A program made the position numbers and the translations under genes. A stretch of 64,000 bases of DNA, taken from Bacteroidota bacterium (GTDB lineage: Bacteria; Bacteroidota; Bacteroidia; JABDFU01). Below the pieces are notes generated by a model, which saw only the letters and a program-made list of their open reading frames with translations, was not told where the DNA came from and did no database searches. The stretch is taken from NCBI GenBank assembly GCA_013286385.1, contig JABDFU010000006.1, positions 7,601 to 71,600 of the forward strand, given 5' to 3'. Below are positions 45,938 to 55,000 of the stretch, piece after piece. Within the stretch, counting starts at the first letter, position 1. Every line of letters starts with the position of its first letter.

Positions 45938-48439
45938 ATGTTAAAAATTAAATTTTCGAATGTGCTGATTGGTGTTTCTCTTTTTTTGGTTTCAACGGCT
46001 TTGGCCCAGGATAAAACAAGGTCTTATCTGACGGACCCTAAGCTTGCGCCCCGGGAGCACAATGTGGATTTTACCCATCTGAGGCTGGAAGTTTCGTTTA
46101 ATCCTGAACAGGGTCTTGTGAAAGGAAAAGTTACGGAGCGCTTTGTTCCCCTCCGGCAGGTGGTGGATTCAATAGTGCTGGACGCCGTGAATATTCGGGT
46201 GAAAGAAGTGTTGCTGAACGGGAAGGCGGTAAGCTACAGAAATGACAGCACGAACCTTGTCGTCTATACGGGTACACCACTGTCCTGGGGAAGCAGTGAC
46301 AGCCTGGTGATCAGTTATGAGGCCAACCCACATAAAGGTTTGTATTTTATCGGATGGAATGACAAGAACAATCTGAGCCGCAAACAGATCTGGAGTCAGG
46401 GTCAGGGCACGGATAACCGATGCTGGATACCGATGTACGATGAAATGAATGATAAGGTGGTGAGCGAGGTTCTGGTAACGTTTGATGCCAGCTACAAAGT
46501 GCTTTCAAACGGTACATTTCTGGGCAGCAAGGACAATAAGAACGGTACGCTTACCTGGCATTATTGCATGAAACACCCGCATGCACCTTACCTTATTATG
46601 CTCGGCATTGGTACCTATGAGATTAAGGAGACCAAATCTAAATCGGGCCTCCCTATGCATTTGTACTATTACCCCGAGTGGAAGGACAGGGCCGAACTTA
46701 CTTATAAGTACAGTGAACAGATGGTGGATTTTTATGAAAAGGAAATCGGCGTTCCTTTTGGTTGGGAAAGCTATTCCCAGATCCCGGTTCAGGATTATAT
46801 GTTCGGGGCAATGGAAAATACCAGTGCAACTGTTTTCGGAGATTTTTTCTTTGTGGATCCCAGAAGCAATCTGGACCGGAATTACGTTGGTGTAAATGCG
46901 CACGAGCTGGCACATCAGTGGTTCGGCGACCTGGTTACCGCCAATTCGGATGCTCATCACTGGCTGCAGGAAAGTTTTGCGACCTATTACGACATGCTTT
47001 TTGAGCGGAGCCTGTACGGCGAAGACAGCTTTAACTGGTCGAGAAGGAATGCCCAAACTTCGGCCCTGGAGGAATCAAAGAAAAATAATTATCCGATTGC
47101 AAACAGCGAAGCCGGAAGCGTAAGGCATTATCCCAAGGGCGCTTTTGTGCTGAATATGCTGAAGTATGTTTGCGGCAGAGAGGGCTATAACAAATCGATT
47201 AAAGCCTATCTGGAAAAGCACAAGTATGGCAATGTGGATTCCCATGATTTACTGAGATCTTTTGAGGAGACGCTTGGGTTTTCGCTGGATTGGTTTTGGG
47301 AGGAATGGGTTTACAAAGGAGGGGAGCCTGATTATTCAGTGGAGTTTCAGGAACTGAGATCTTCGAGTCAGTTTCTGGTAAAGCAGGTTCAGGAACTTAA
47401 ACCTACCTCGGGTCTGCCGGTGGATGGCAGTCAATCGGTAGCGGTAACCAATGATCCTTTTGTTTCAGATCATACCAGCGCGTACCGGCCGGCCGGACTT
47501 TATAAGATGCCGATTTGGTTTGAAGTACATTATCAGGACGGAAGCGCTGAGAAAGTAATGCAGGTGCTTGAGAAGCAAAGCGAACTGGTTACGCTGGCCA
47601 ACCCGGATCATAAAAAGGTGGACTATGTTCTGTTTGATCCCGGCAACAATGTATTGAAGTCTGTTACGTTCAGTAAACCTTTTGAAATGCTCAGAGCCCA
47701 GGCCCTGAAAGCCGAAAACATGCTTGACCGGTTCGAGGCATTGCTGGCTATGAGGCCGTTGCCACTGGACAGGAAACGGGAGACCTTGCTTCAGGTGTAT
47801 GCCAATGAAAAATTTCATGCCTGCAAGGGCGAGGTGATTTACCAGCTTGCCGCAGACGATGATTCAAGAAGCATTTCGGTGCTCAATCGCGCTTCTGTTG
47901 ACAAAGATGTTCTGGTGAGAAAGGATGTGCTGAATGCATTTACCGAAAAGAACAAGTCTGTGATCTTCGATATGGAAGTGCTGCTGAAGGATTCTTCTTA
48001 TGAAGTCTGTGCTCTCGCCCTTGAGAAACTTTGCAAATACAATCCTTCAAAAACGCAGTACTACCTGGATCAGACCAAAGGCATTGAAGGAACAGTCGGA
48101 AGAAATGTAATCTGCAAATGGCTGGAGATTGCCTATGCCAGCGATGGAAATAAAAAGGATGTGGAAAAACTTATGGCCTACTCAAGTAATTCCTATGAAT
48201 TCAGAACCCGTGCCAACGCGATGGCTGCCCTAAAGCGCCTGGACTACTTTGATGTGAGCCTCGTTGATAATTGTGTGGATGGAATGCTTGGGAATAATTC
48301 AAGGCTTAGTGGGCCGGCAAGTGATTGTCTTACTTATTTTTATTCGCAGGACCGTTACAAGGCACAGATTTCAACCTACCTGGCTTCAAAAACCTGGAAC
48401 TCCTGGCAGCTGAAGAAACTGGATGCATTTCTTCACTGA
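45938..48439 (+). CDS. M1 family aminopeptidase (aminopeptidase N-like) with a C-terminal HEAT-like region
   Basis: GAMEN motif (FGAMENTSATVF) and HELAHQWFGDLVT plus the downstream Glu zinc ligand. It has a signal peptide. Confidence 0.85.
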   Translation: MLKIKFSNVLIGVSLFLVSTALAQDKTRSYLTDPKLAPREHNVDFTHLRLEVSFNPEQGLVKGKVTERFVPLRQVVDSIVLDAVNIRVKEVLLNGKAVSYRNDSTNLVVYTGTPLSWGSSDSLVISYEANPHKGLYFIGWNDKNNLSRKQIWSQGQGTDNRCWIPMYDEMNDKVVSEVLVTFDASYKVLSNGTFLGSKDNKNGTLTWHYCMKHPHAPYLIMLGIGTYEIKETKSKSGLPMHLYYYPEWKDRAELTYKYSEQMVDFYEKEIGVPFGWESYSQIPVQDYMFGAMENTSATVFGDFFFVDPRSNLDRNYVGVNAHELAHQWFGDLVTANSDAHHWLQESFATYYDMLFERSLYGEDSFNWSRRNAQTSALEESKKNNYPIANSEAGSVRHYPKGAFVLNMLKYVCGREGYNKSIKAYLEKHKYGNVDSHDLLRSFEETLGFSLDWFWEEWVYKGGEPDYSVEFQELRSSSQFLVKQVQELKPTSGLPVDGSQSVAVTNDPFVSDHTSAYRPAGLYKMPIWFEVHYQDGSAEKVMQVLEKQSELVTLANPDHKKVDYVLFDPGNNVLKSVTFSKPFEMLRAQALKAENMLDRFEALLAMRPLPLDRKRETLLQVYANEKFHACKGEVIYQLAADDDSRSISVLNRASVDKDVLVRKDVLNAFTEKNKSVIFDMEVLLKDSSYEVCALALEKLCKYNPSKTQYYLDQTKGIEGTVGRNVICKWLEIAYASDGNKKDVEKLMAYSSNSYEFRTRANAMAALKRLDYFDVSLVDNCVDGMLGNNSRLSGPASDCLTYFYSQDRYKAQISTYLASKTWNSWQLKKLDAFLH

Positions 48440-51288
48440 ACAATAAGGCTCCTGCTAAAGCTCAGGTTGTTGTTGCTGTCCCTGAGGTTGAGCAGGTAGA
48501 GTCCGGCAGGAACAGAAAGTTCACCCGGAATCAGATTTTCCCCTTTGATCAGGATCTGAGTTGATTTCAAAATAAGATTCCCCAGCGGGCCGTAAACACT
48601 GATCAGAACGGCTGCATTTTCTGAGGCATTTATTTTCAGGTTGTAGAAGCCTGTCGCAGTCGGGTTGGGGTAGAGGTCTTTAATTTCAAAAAGGTAATTT
48701 GAAGGGCCAGAATTGGTTGAACTGCCGGGAGCCGGATTCCTGATTTTTTCACCGGAAGTTTTCGTAAGAAAAAGAGAGGTTTCTCTACTTGTACTGCAGC
48801 CATTGGAAGATTTTACAGAGAGCGTGCCGGTATTGAATGCGGAGCTAAAGCTCAGGTAAAGGGTGTCTGTATTTTCGGATTCAGAAATTTTAGTGACTCC
48901 TGTTACGGGGAGCGTCCAGGTATTGGTAATGCCGGGTTCCTGGTTAACGTAGTATTTCACGTTGCCGCTGGAAGCGGAAAGTCCTTCGTCCTGACCTCTT
49001 ATCAGGGAAGGTGCAGACAGTATTGCATAGGAAATGGCCAGTGTACCAGGCGGGCTGTTTTCACAGGAATTACCTGCCGTAACGGAGATGTTCCCTGGCG
49101 TGAAGCTTGAGTAATCAACAACGATCGCGTCGGTGCCTTGTCCTGAGGAAAGGGTCGCTCCCGATGGAAGCGTCCAGGTGTAGGAAGAGGCGCCGCTAAT
49201 CGGTCTGATGGAATAGGAAACAGCTGAAGTGCCGCAGTAGACTGCTTTTGATCCTGTGATTGTCCCGGGTTTGGATAGGGCCTGCTGCTTAATGTCAAGT
49301 GTTCTGGATGGGACGTGACAGGCCGTTGTTACTGTTACTGTAAGATTGCCGGGGCTGATACTGCCTGCGTTGGTTGTGATGGAGCGGCTTCCCTGACCTG
49401 ACAAAATTGTGAATCCGGATGGAACAGACCAGGAATAGGAGAAGGCGCCGGGAACATTCGTTATGGAATAGATCAGGCCGGAAGTCTGGCAATAAACGTC
49501 TGCCGAACCGGAGATTGAAGAAAGTGCCGGAGCCAGAGCTTCCTTTACGGTCAGCTGCTGGCTTGCTGTTGCGGTATTGCCGGATTCATCACTGACAGTC
49601 CAGACGATAGTGTATGTGCCTACAGGGAGAGAATCAGCTGCATTGTTTACAACTGAGCTTACGCTGCAATTGTCTGAAGTCAGGGGTGTCCCCAGGGAAA
49701 CGTTTTTGGCATAGCATCCGATGGTTGTGGCGTAAACGGTAAGAGGGGGAGGTGCTGTAATTTTTGGTTTTTGTGTGTCTATTGCAACGAGGTGTACGGT
49801 GGTTGTTGCGTTGTTACGGTGAGCATCCGTGACTGTTACGGTATAGGTTGCAGCGTTCAGGCTGGTTGCTGTGGCTTTTAGTTCTCCGGACGGAGCCCAG
49901 GAATAGGTATAGGGGGTTACACCTCCATGGGCAAGTACAGTTGCCTGGGCATTAGTGCCTCCGGGGCAGCTGACATTTTCGAAGGAAGATATTGTGGCGG
50001 TAAGAAGAGTGGGTTGAGTGATACTGAAACTTGTACTGGTGGTATTGGCATAGGCATCGGTAACCGTGACGGTATAGCTTCCGGATGTGAGTGTGGAATC
50101 TTTTGCGAGGGTATCGGCAGATGCTGAACCTGACCAGGCATACAAATAAGGCATTACACCTCCGGAGACCGAAATGACTGCACTTCCATCGTCGAGACCG
50201 TAACCGCTGGCATTGACCTGGCTTGCGGCATGGGCCGTAAGAAAGGCGGGACGAGTAATTGTAAAATTTACCGAATCACGTCCGCCTATGAAATCGATGA
50301 CTTTTACCGAGTAATTTCCCGAGGCAAGGTTGTTGGCAGAGGAGTCGCTTCGACCTCCCGGCAACCAATAGAATGTGTAAGGAACAGTGCCTCCGCTGGC
50401 GGAAAGGCAGGCTGCTCCGTCATGTCTTGAATACCCGCTGTCATTTACTGTACTTAAAAGGGTCAATTGCAGGGGAGGGGATATGCTAAGGGACGCCGTA
50501 TTCGTGCATCCGGTATTATCGGTTACGGTCACGGTATAGGACCCGATGCTTAAATTCGATTCACTCGCCAGGCTGTCACTGAAGGATGACCAGCGATAGG
50601 AGTAAGGCGAAGTACCTCCAAGAGAAATGACTTTTGCCTTACCGTTGGAGGAGTCGGAAGATGTGGTGTTTCTCAGGACGGAGGCTTTAAGGGCCATGGT
50701 GTCAACTGTAATGGAGACGCTTGAAATACTGCTGCATCTGTTTGTATCGGTACCCGTGAGCGTATACGTGGCAGTTGCCAAAGGCATAAACCAGGAGCTG
50801 TCTGTAAAACCTCCGGCCCAGGAATAAAGATAAGCGCCGGCTGAGGAAAGGTAGACATAACTGCCCAGGCAGATGGAGGAATCGCTGGCAACGGCACTGA
50901 CTGAGGGAGGAGGGAAAATGCTGATGTTGCTTCCGTTGTCCGTCCATGCAGCAGAGCTGTCGCTGCTGACTACACGGATGCGGTAATGTGCGCTGTAGGT
51001 GGTTGTACCCGGAAAAACAGTGTTGATGGTATCTGAAACCTGGGAGATAAGCGTGCTGAGGTTTAAGGGGGAAGTGAAGGATCCGGCTGAGTCGGAAAGC
51101 TGGACGGTGAATATGTTTCCTGAAACGAAGGTGCCGGTGACGGAATAGGGAACCTGGATCTGGGTGCCTGCGCAAATGAGCGTATCAACCGGACGGGTTG
51201 TTACGTTGGATGCCAATGATAAAGCGGCGGCAAAAAAAGCCGACGCAAAGGAAAGTATAGCTTTGCTCAGTCTGATTGAAAATTGCAT
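48433..51288 (-). CDS. large secreted protein with SprB-like repeats and a T9SS type-A C-terminal sorting domain
   Basis: 951 aa with a signal peptide. Repeated CxG...SGGTxPYTYxWS units resemble SprB repeats. The C-terminal KDLYPNPTATGFYNLKI...LYLLNL is a Por/T9SS type-A C-terminal domain. Confidence 0.7.
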   Translation of the reverse strand: MQFSIRLSKAILSFASAFFAAALSLASNVTTRPVDTLICAGTQIQVPYSVTGTFVSGNIFTVQLSDSAGSFTSPLNLSTLISQVSDTINTVFPGTTTYSAHYRIRVVSSDSSAAWTDNGSNISIFPPPSVSAVASDSSICLGSYVYLSSAGAYLYSWAGGFTDSSWFMPLATATYTLTGTDTNRCSSISSVSITVDTMALKASVLRNTTSSDSSNGKAKVISLGGTSPYSYRWSSFSDSLASESNLSIGSYTVTVTDNTGCTNTASLSISPPLQLTLLSTVNDSGYSRHDGAACLSASGGTVPYTFYWLPGGRSDSSANNLASGNYSVKVIDFIGGRDSVNFTITRPAFLTAHAASQVNASGYGLDDGSAVISVSGGVMPYLYAWSGSASADTLAKDSTLTSGSYTVTVTDAYANTTSTSFSITQPTLLTATISSFENVSCPGGTNAQATVLAHGGVTPYTYSWAPSGELKATATSLNAATYTVTVTDAHRNNATTTVHLVAIDTQKPKITAPPPLTVYATTIGCYAKNVSLGTPLTSDNCSVSSVVNNAADSLPVGTYTIVWTVSDESGNTATASQQLTVKEALAPALSSISGSADVYCQTSGLIYSITNVPGAFSYSWSVPSGFTILSGQGSRSITTNAGSISPGNLTVTVTTACHVPSRTLDIKQQALSKPGTITGSKAVYCGTSAVSYSIRPISGASSYTWTLPSGATLSSGQGTDAIVVDYSSFTPGNISVTAGNSCENSPPGTLAISYAILSAPSLIRGQDEGLSASSGNVKYYVNQEPGITNTWTLPVTGVTKISESENTDTLYLSFSSAFNTGTLSVKSSNGCSTSRETSLFLTKTSGEKIRNPAPGSSTNSGPSNYLFEIKDLYPNPTATGFYNLKINASENAAVLISVYGPLGNLILKSTQILIKGENLIPGELSVPAGLYLLNLRDSNNNLSFSRSLIVQ

Positions 51289-51321
51289 CGCATGATATTA
51301 ACAGTTTTGGGTTAGGAAAAG

Positions 51322-51338
51322 GTTAAGCCAGGCTTAAC
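51322..51338. promoter_or_regulatory. perfect 17-bp palindrome GTTAAGCC-A-GGCTTAAC in the divergent promoter region
   Basis: Read directly from the sequence. It lies 34 bp upstream of the T9SS cargo gene start at 51288 and 70 bp upstream of the ClC gene start at 51408. The 1-nt spacer argues for a dimeric protein-binding site rather than an RNA hairpin. Confidence 0.5.
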
Positions 51339-51407
51339 AAAATGAAAACAACTTTAACATAGAAAAACTACCTTTGTATCCTGACTGAAAGAACTCTGTT
51401 TCCGGAA

Positions 51408-53207
51408 ATGAAATACCTCCGATTTTACGAATACGGCATTAACTGGCTGCATCTTAAACTCAACAAGAGGCAATTTCTGATTTTTTCGAGTATGCTGGTG
51501 GGTCTGACAGCCGGACTGGCGGCGGTTATTTTAAAGAGTATTGTACATTACATCCACCGTGCCATTAAGCATGATTACCATATTTCCAGCGGGTATTATC
51601 CGAACCTGCTTTTTCATCACCTGGACCTGGTTTTTCCGACAATCGGCCTGTTGCTGACGGTGTTTTTTGTACAACATTTTCTTAATGGAAAACTGGGCCG
51701 CGGAACGGCCAATATATTGCATTCGATCATTAAAAAATCAGCTATTCTGCCTAAGGATCAGATGTATTCGCATATCGTGAGCAGCGCGCTTACCGTTGGA
51801 TTGGGAGGATCTGCGGGTCTGGAATCTCCCATGGTTACAACGGGTTCGGCAATTGGCGCTAACTATGCAAGGACTTATCACCTGAGTTATAAGGACAGGG
51901 TATTGCTGCTGGCGAGCGGAGCGGCAGCCGGAATAGCTGCGGCATTTGATTCTCCTATTGCAGGAGTTCTTTTCGCACTTGAGGTTATTCTGGCTGATGT
52001 GAGTATTTCTGCTTTTATTCCACTGATTATTGCCGCTGCAGTCGGAGCTCTTTGCTCCAAAATTATTTTACAGGAAGGAATATTGCTCAGCTTTCATTAC
52101 CTGCAGCCTTTCAATTATCATTATACTCCATTTTATGCTTTTTTGGGAATTCTGGCCGGCCTGGTTTCGGTATATTATGTAAGAACATTTGTTCGCATTG
52201 AAAATCTGTTCAAACCGGAAAGGACCAGGGTATATGCCAAGGCTCTTGCAGGAGGCCTGGTGCTGGGGATTTTGATTCTTTTGTTTCCTACACTTTTCGG
52301 AGAAGGGTACAGCAGTATTAAAGCCCTTTCGGATATGAGGGCGGACAGCCTGTTGAACAACAGTTTGTTTTCGGCCTATGCCGGAAATGAATGGTTTGTA
52401 CTCATTTTTATCGGGGTTCTGATGATGCTGAAAGTGGTGGCGACTTCTGTTACGATCAGCGGGGGGGGTAATGGAGGAAATTTCGCACCATCGTTATTCG
52501 TTGGCGCCTACCTTGGGTATTTTTTTTCCAGACTGGTCAGCATGCTGGGGATAACCAGGCTTCCTGAAGGGAATTTTACCATTGTTGCAATGGCGGGTGT
52601 ATTGTCCGGCATTTTTCATGCTCCCCTGACTGCTATCTTTTTGATCGTTGAAATTACAGGTGGATATGAACTAATGATTCCGCTGATGATCGTTTCTGCA
52701 GTGAGTTATACGGTGGTTAAGTATTTTGAGCCGTATTCCATGGATGCCAAAAAACTGGCGAAGAAGGGTCATATCCTTACGCATAGTAAAGACAAATCGA
52801 TCCTGTCTTCGTTGAAAATAGCATCCATTATTGAAACCGATTTTCACCGGATTGATCCCGGCGCTAAGCTGCGTGAACTGGTTGAAGTCGTGGCGCATTC
52901 AAGCCGCAATATTTTTCCGGTAGTGGATAAGGAAAATGTTCTGATGGGGGTTATTCTTCTGGATAACATCCGGGAAGTGATGTTTAAAATCGAATTGTAC
53001 GACAGTTTGCTGGTGAAAGAGTTGATGCGTAAACCTGCGGAAACCGTTGGTTCGGATGAGTCGATGCAGAGTGTAATGAAAAAGTTTGACGAAACGGGGG
53101 CCTGGAATTTTCCGGTGATCGACCATGGAAAGTATGTGGGGTTTATTTCGAAGAGCAGTATTTTCAGTAAGTACAGGAAGGTGCTTATAAAAAGCAATAT
53201 TTCCTGA
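51408..53207 (+). CDS. ClC family chloride channel / H+-Cl- antiporter with C-terminal CBS domains
   Basis: GGSAGLESPMV selectivity-filter-like motif, multi-TM core, and two C-terminal CBS-like repeats. Confidence 0.75.
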   Translation: MKYLRFYEYGINWLHLKLNKRQFLIFSSMLVGLTAGLAAVILKSIVHYIHRAIKHDYHISSGYYPNLLFHHLDLVFPTIGLLLTVFFVQHFLNGKLGRGTANILHSIIKKSAILPKDQMYSHIVSSALTVGLGGSAGLESPMVTTGSAIGANYARTYHLSYKDRVLLLASGAAAGIAAAFDSPIAGVLFALEVILADVSISAFIPLIIAAAVGALCSKIILQEGILLSFHYLQPFNYHYTPFYAFLGILAGLVSVYYVRTFVRIENLFKPERTRVYAKALAGGLVLGILILLFPTLFGEGYSSIKALSDMRADSLLNNSLFSAYAGNEWFVLIFIGVLMMLKVVATSVTISGGGNGGNFAPSLFVGAYLGYFFSRLVSMLGITRLPEGNFTIVAMAGVLSGIFHAPLTAIFLIVEITGGYELMIPLMIVSAVSYTVVKYFEPYSMDAKKLAKKGHILTHSKDKSILSSLKIASIIETDFHRIDPGAKLRELVEVVAHSSRNIFPVVDKENVLMGVILLDNIREVMFKIELYDSLLVKELMRKPAETVGSDESMQSVMKKFDETGAWNFPVIDHGKYVGFISKSSIFSKYRKVLIKSNIS

Positions 53208-53227
53208 TTTCAATACAATTATTACAT

Positions 53228-55000
53228 TTGCATCCGATGAAAAGATCCCTTACTCTTATCTGTTCGTTATTATTTTTTGGATTTACGGGTTTGAGTTATG
53301 CCCAATCTGTTAACCGGGTTGAAATAGAAGCAAAAAAAGTCGCTGATGATTATACGGTGATTCCGATTGGAAAAGACGGACTGATCATGTTCTATGAATC
53401 AAAAGAAAAGGCATCCGGAGGAAATAAAATCTGGATTTTTTCAAGATACGATACCGATTTTAAGGAGGTCTGGACAAAGGAATTCCCCATTCAAAGAAAT
53501 CTGGATTATATTAATTTCGATTACAATCAGGACAATCTTTATCTGTTTCTCGGAAAGTCCACCCAGCCCAAATCCAAGAACGAAAACGGATCAACGCGCA
53601 GCGCGGCTGAATTTGTCAATAACAAAGGCGATTTTGAAATCGTTTCCCTCAACTTTAATACCGGGGACATTAAGAACACATCCGGAGAGATTCCTTTCGG
53701 CGCCGATGTGAGTCAGAATTTTTCAGTAATCAATAACCATGCTTTTATTTCGGGAAAATCCCTTGCAACTGCCGGACAAGTATGTCTTCAGGGCTGTCTG
53801 ACCTGCACGTTCATACCCTGGATCACCCAGTATACTACTTTTCATTTTGAAGCTGTTTTGTTCGACGTTGACCTAACTACCGGCACTTCACGTCAGATTA
53901 AAAACCCTGAATTTAAGGGGAACACTTACGTTATGGAGGCCGATAAAGCGGCCGACGGTTCGGGAATGGATTTTATTTTTAAAAACAAACCGGGTTCCGA
54001 AAAACCGACCACTTTTTACCTCAAACGGTATTCAGAAAAAGGAGATGAACTTACGAAAACAACAATACAGGGAGACAAGAAGGAAGAACTGGTTACTTCC
54101 CGGGTTTTAAACCTCAATGACGTAGAACAGATTCTGATCGGAACATACAAAACTGCCACTCCGCCGAAAAAATATTTCAATCCGGGCAGCGAAAAGGCGA
54201 TGGCCTACGGAACGGATGCCGAGGGAATGTTTTTCAGCAAAATAAACGGAGGAAGCCAGAAATACATCAAATATTATTCCTTCAAAGATTTTAAACGCTT
54301 TTACGAACTCGCCACGCAGTACGGTGTTCGAAAAATGAGTGAACGGCAAAAAGAAAAACTGGATAAAAAATTGGCGGACGAGAATTACATTTTGAAATAC
54401 CGTCTGCTTGTTCATGAAATAATTGTAAAAAATGACCAATACATAATGGTGGCTGAAGCTTATTTCCCCCAGTACCATACTGAAACCTACCAGGTATATG
54501 TCCCGGGCAATCAGACCCAAACAAGAGACGCACAGGGAAACACCACTACTCATACAACTCTTCCCCATTACGAAACGCATTACCGCACTGTTTTTGACGG
54601 ATTCAGGTTTACCCATGCCATCGTCGCAGGATTCGATAAGGAGGGTAACAAAATCTGGGATAACAGTTTCGAAATAGAGGATATATTGGCTCCGAAACTG
54701 ACGCAAATGGTCAGGGTGATGCCGGGAGATAATGAAACAGTTATGGTGTATGCGCTTGGAGGATCAATAAAATCCAAGGTCATCAGCGGAAATACACTCG
54801 TAGACGGAAAAACTTCGACAAAAATCGATACCGGCAAGGAAGGTGACAAAGTAAAGGGAAATGCAGAAAACTCCATAGAATACTGGTATGACAATTATTT
54901 TGTATCCTTCGGATACCAACGCATCAAAAACGATGACGCCAAAAAAGGAGAAGAAAAAAGGAGAAGGGTCTATTATTTCAATAAGATCGCTTACCAATAA
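53228..55000 (+). CDS. hypothetical secreted protein
   Basis: 590 aa with a signal peptide and no recognisable motifs. Its stop overlaps the next start (TAATG). Confidence 0.4.
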   Translation: MHPMKRSLTLICSLLFFGFTGLSYAQSVNRVEIEAKKVADDYTVIPIGKDGLIMFYESKEKASGGNKIWIFSRYDTDFKEVWTKEFPIQRNLDYINFDYNQDNLYLFLGKSTQPKSKNENGSTRSAAEFVNNKGDFEIVSLNFNTGDIKNTSGEIPFGADVSQNFSVINNHAFISGKSLATAGQVCLQGCLTCTFIPWITQYTTFHFEAVLFDVDLTTGTSRQIKNPEFKGNTYVMEADKAADGSGMDFIFKNKPGSEKPTTFYLKRYSEKGDELTKTTIQGDKKEELVTSRVLNLNDVEQILIGTYKTATPPKKYFNPGSEKAMAYGTDAEGMFFSKINGGSQKYIKYYSFKDFKRFYELATQYGVRKMSERQKEKLDKKLADENYILKYRLLVHEIIVKNDQYIMVAEAYFPQYHTETYQVYVPGNQTQTRDAQGNTTTHTTLPHYETHYRTVFDGFRFTHAIVAGFDKEGNKIWDNSFEIEDILAPKLTQMVRVMPGDNETVMVYALGGSIKSKVISGNTLVDGKTSTKIDTGKEGDKVKGNAENSIEYWYDNYFVSFGYQRIKNDDAKKGEEKRRRVYYFNKIAYQ

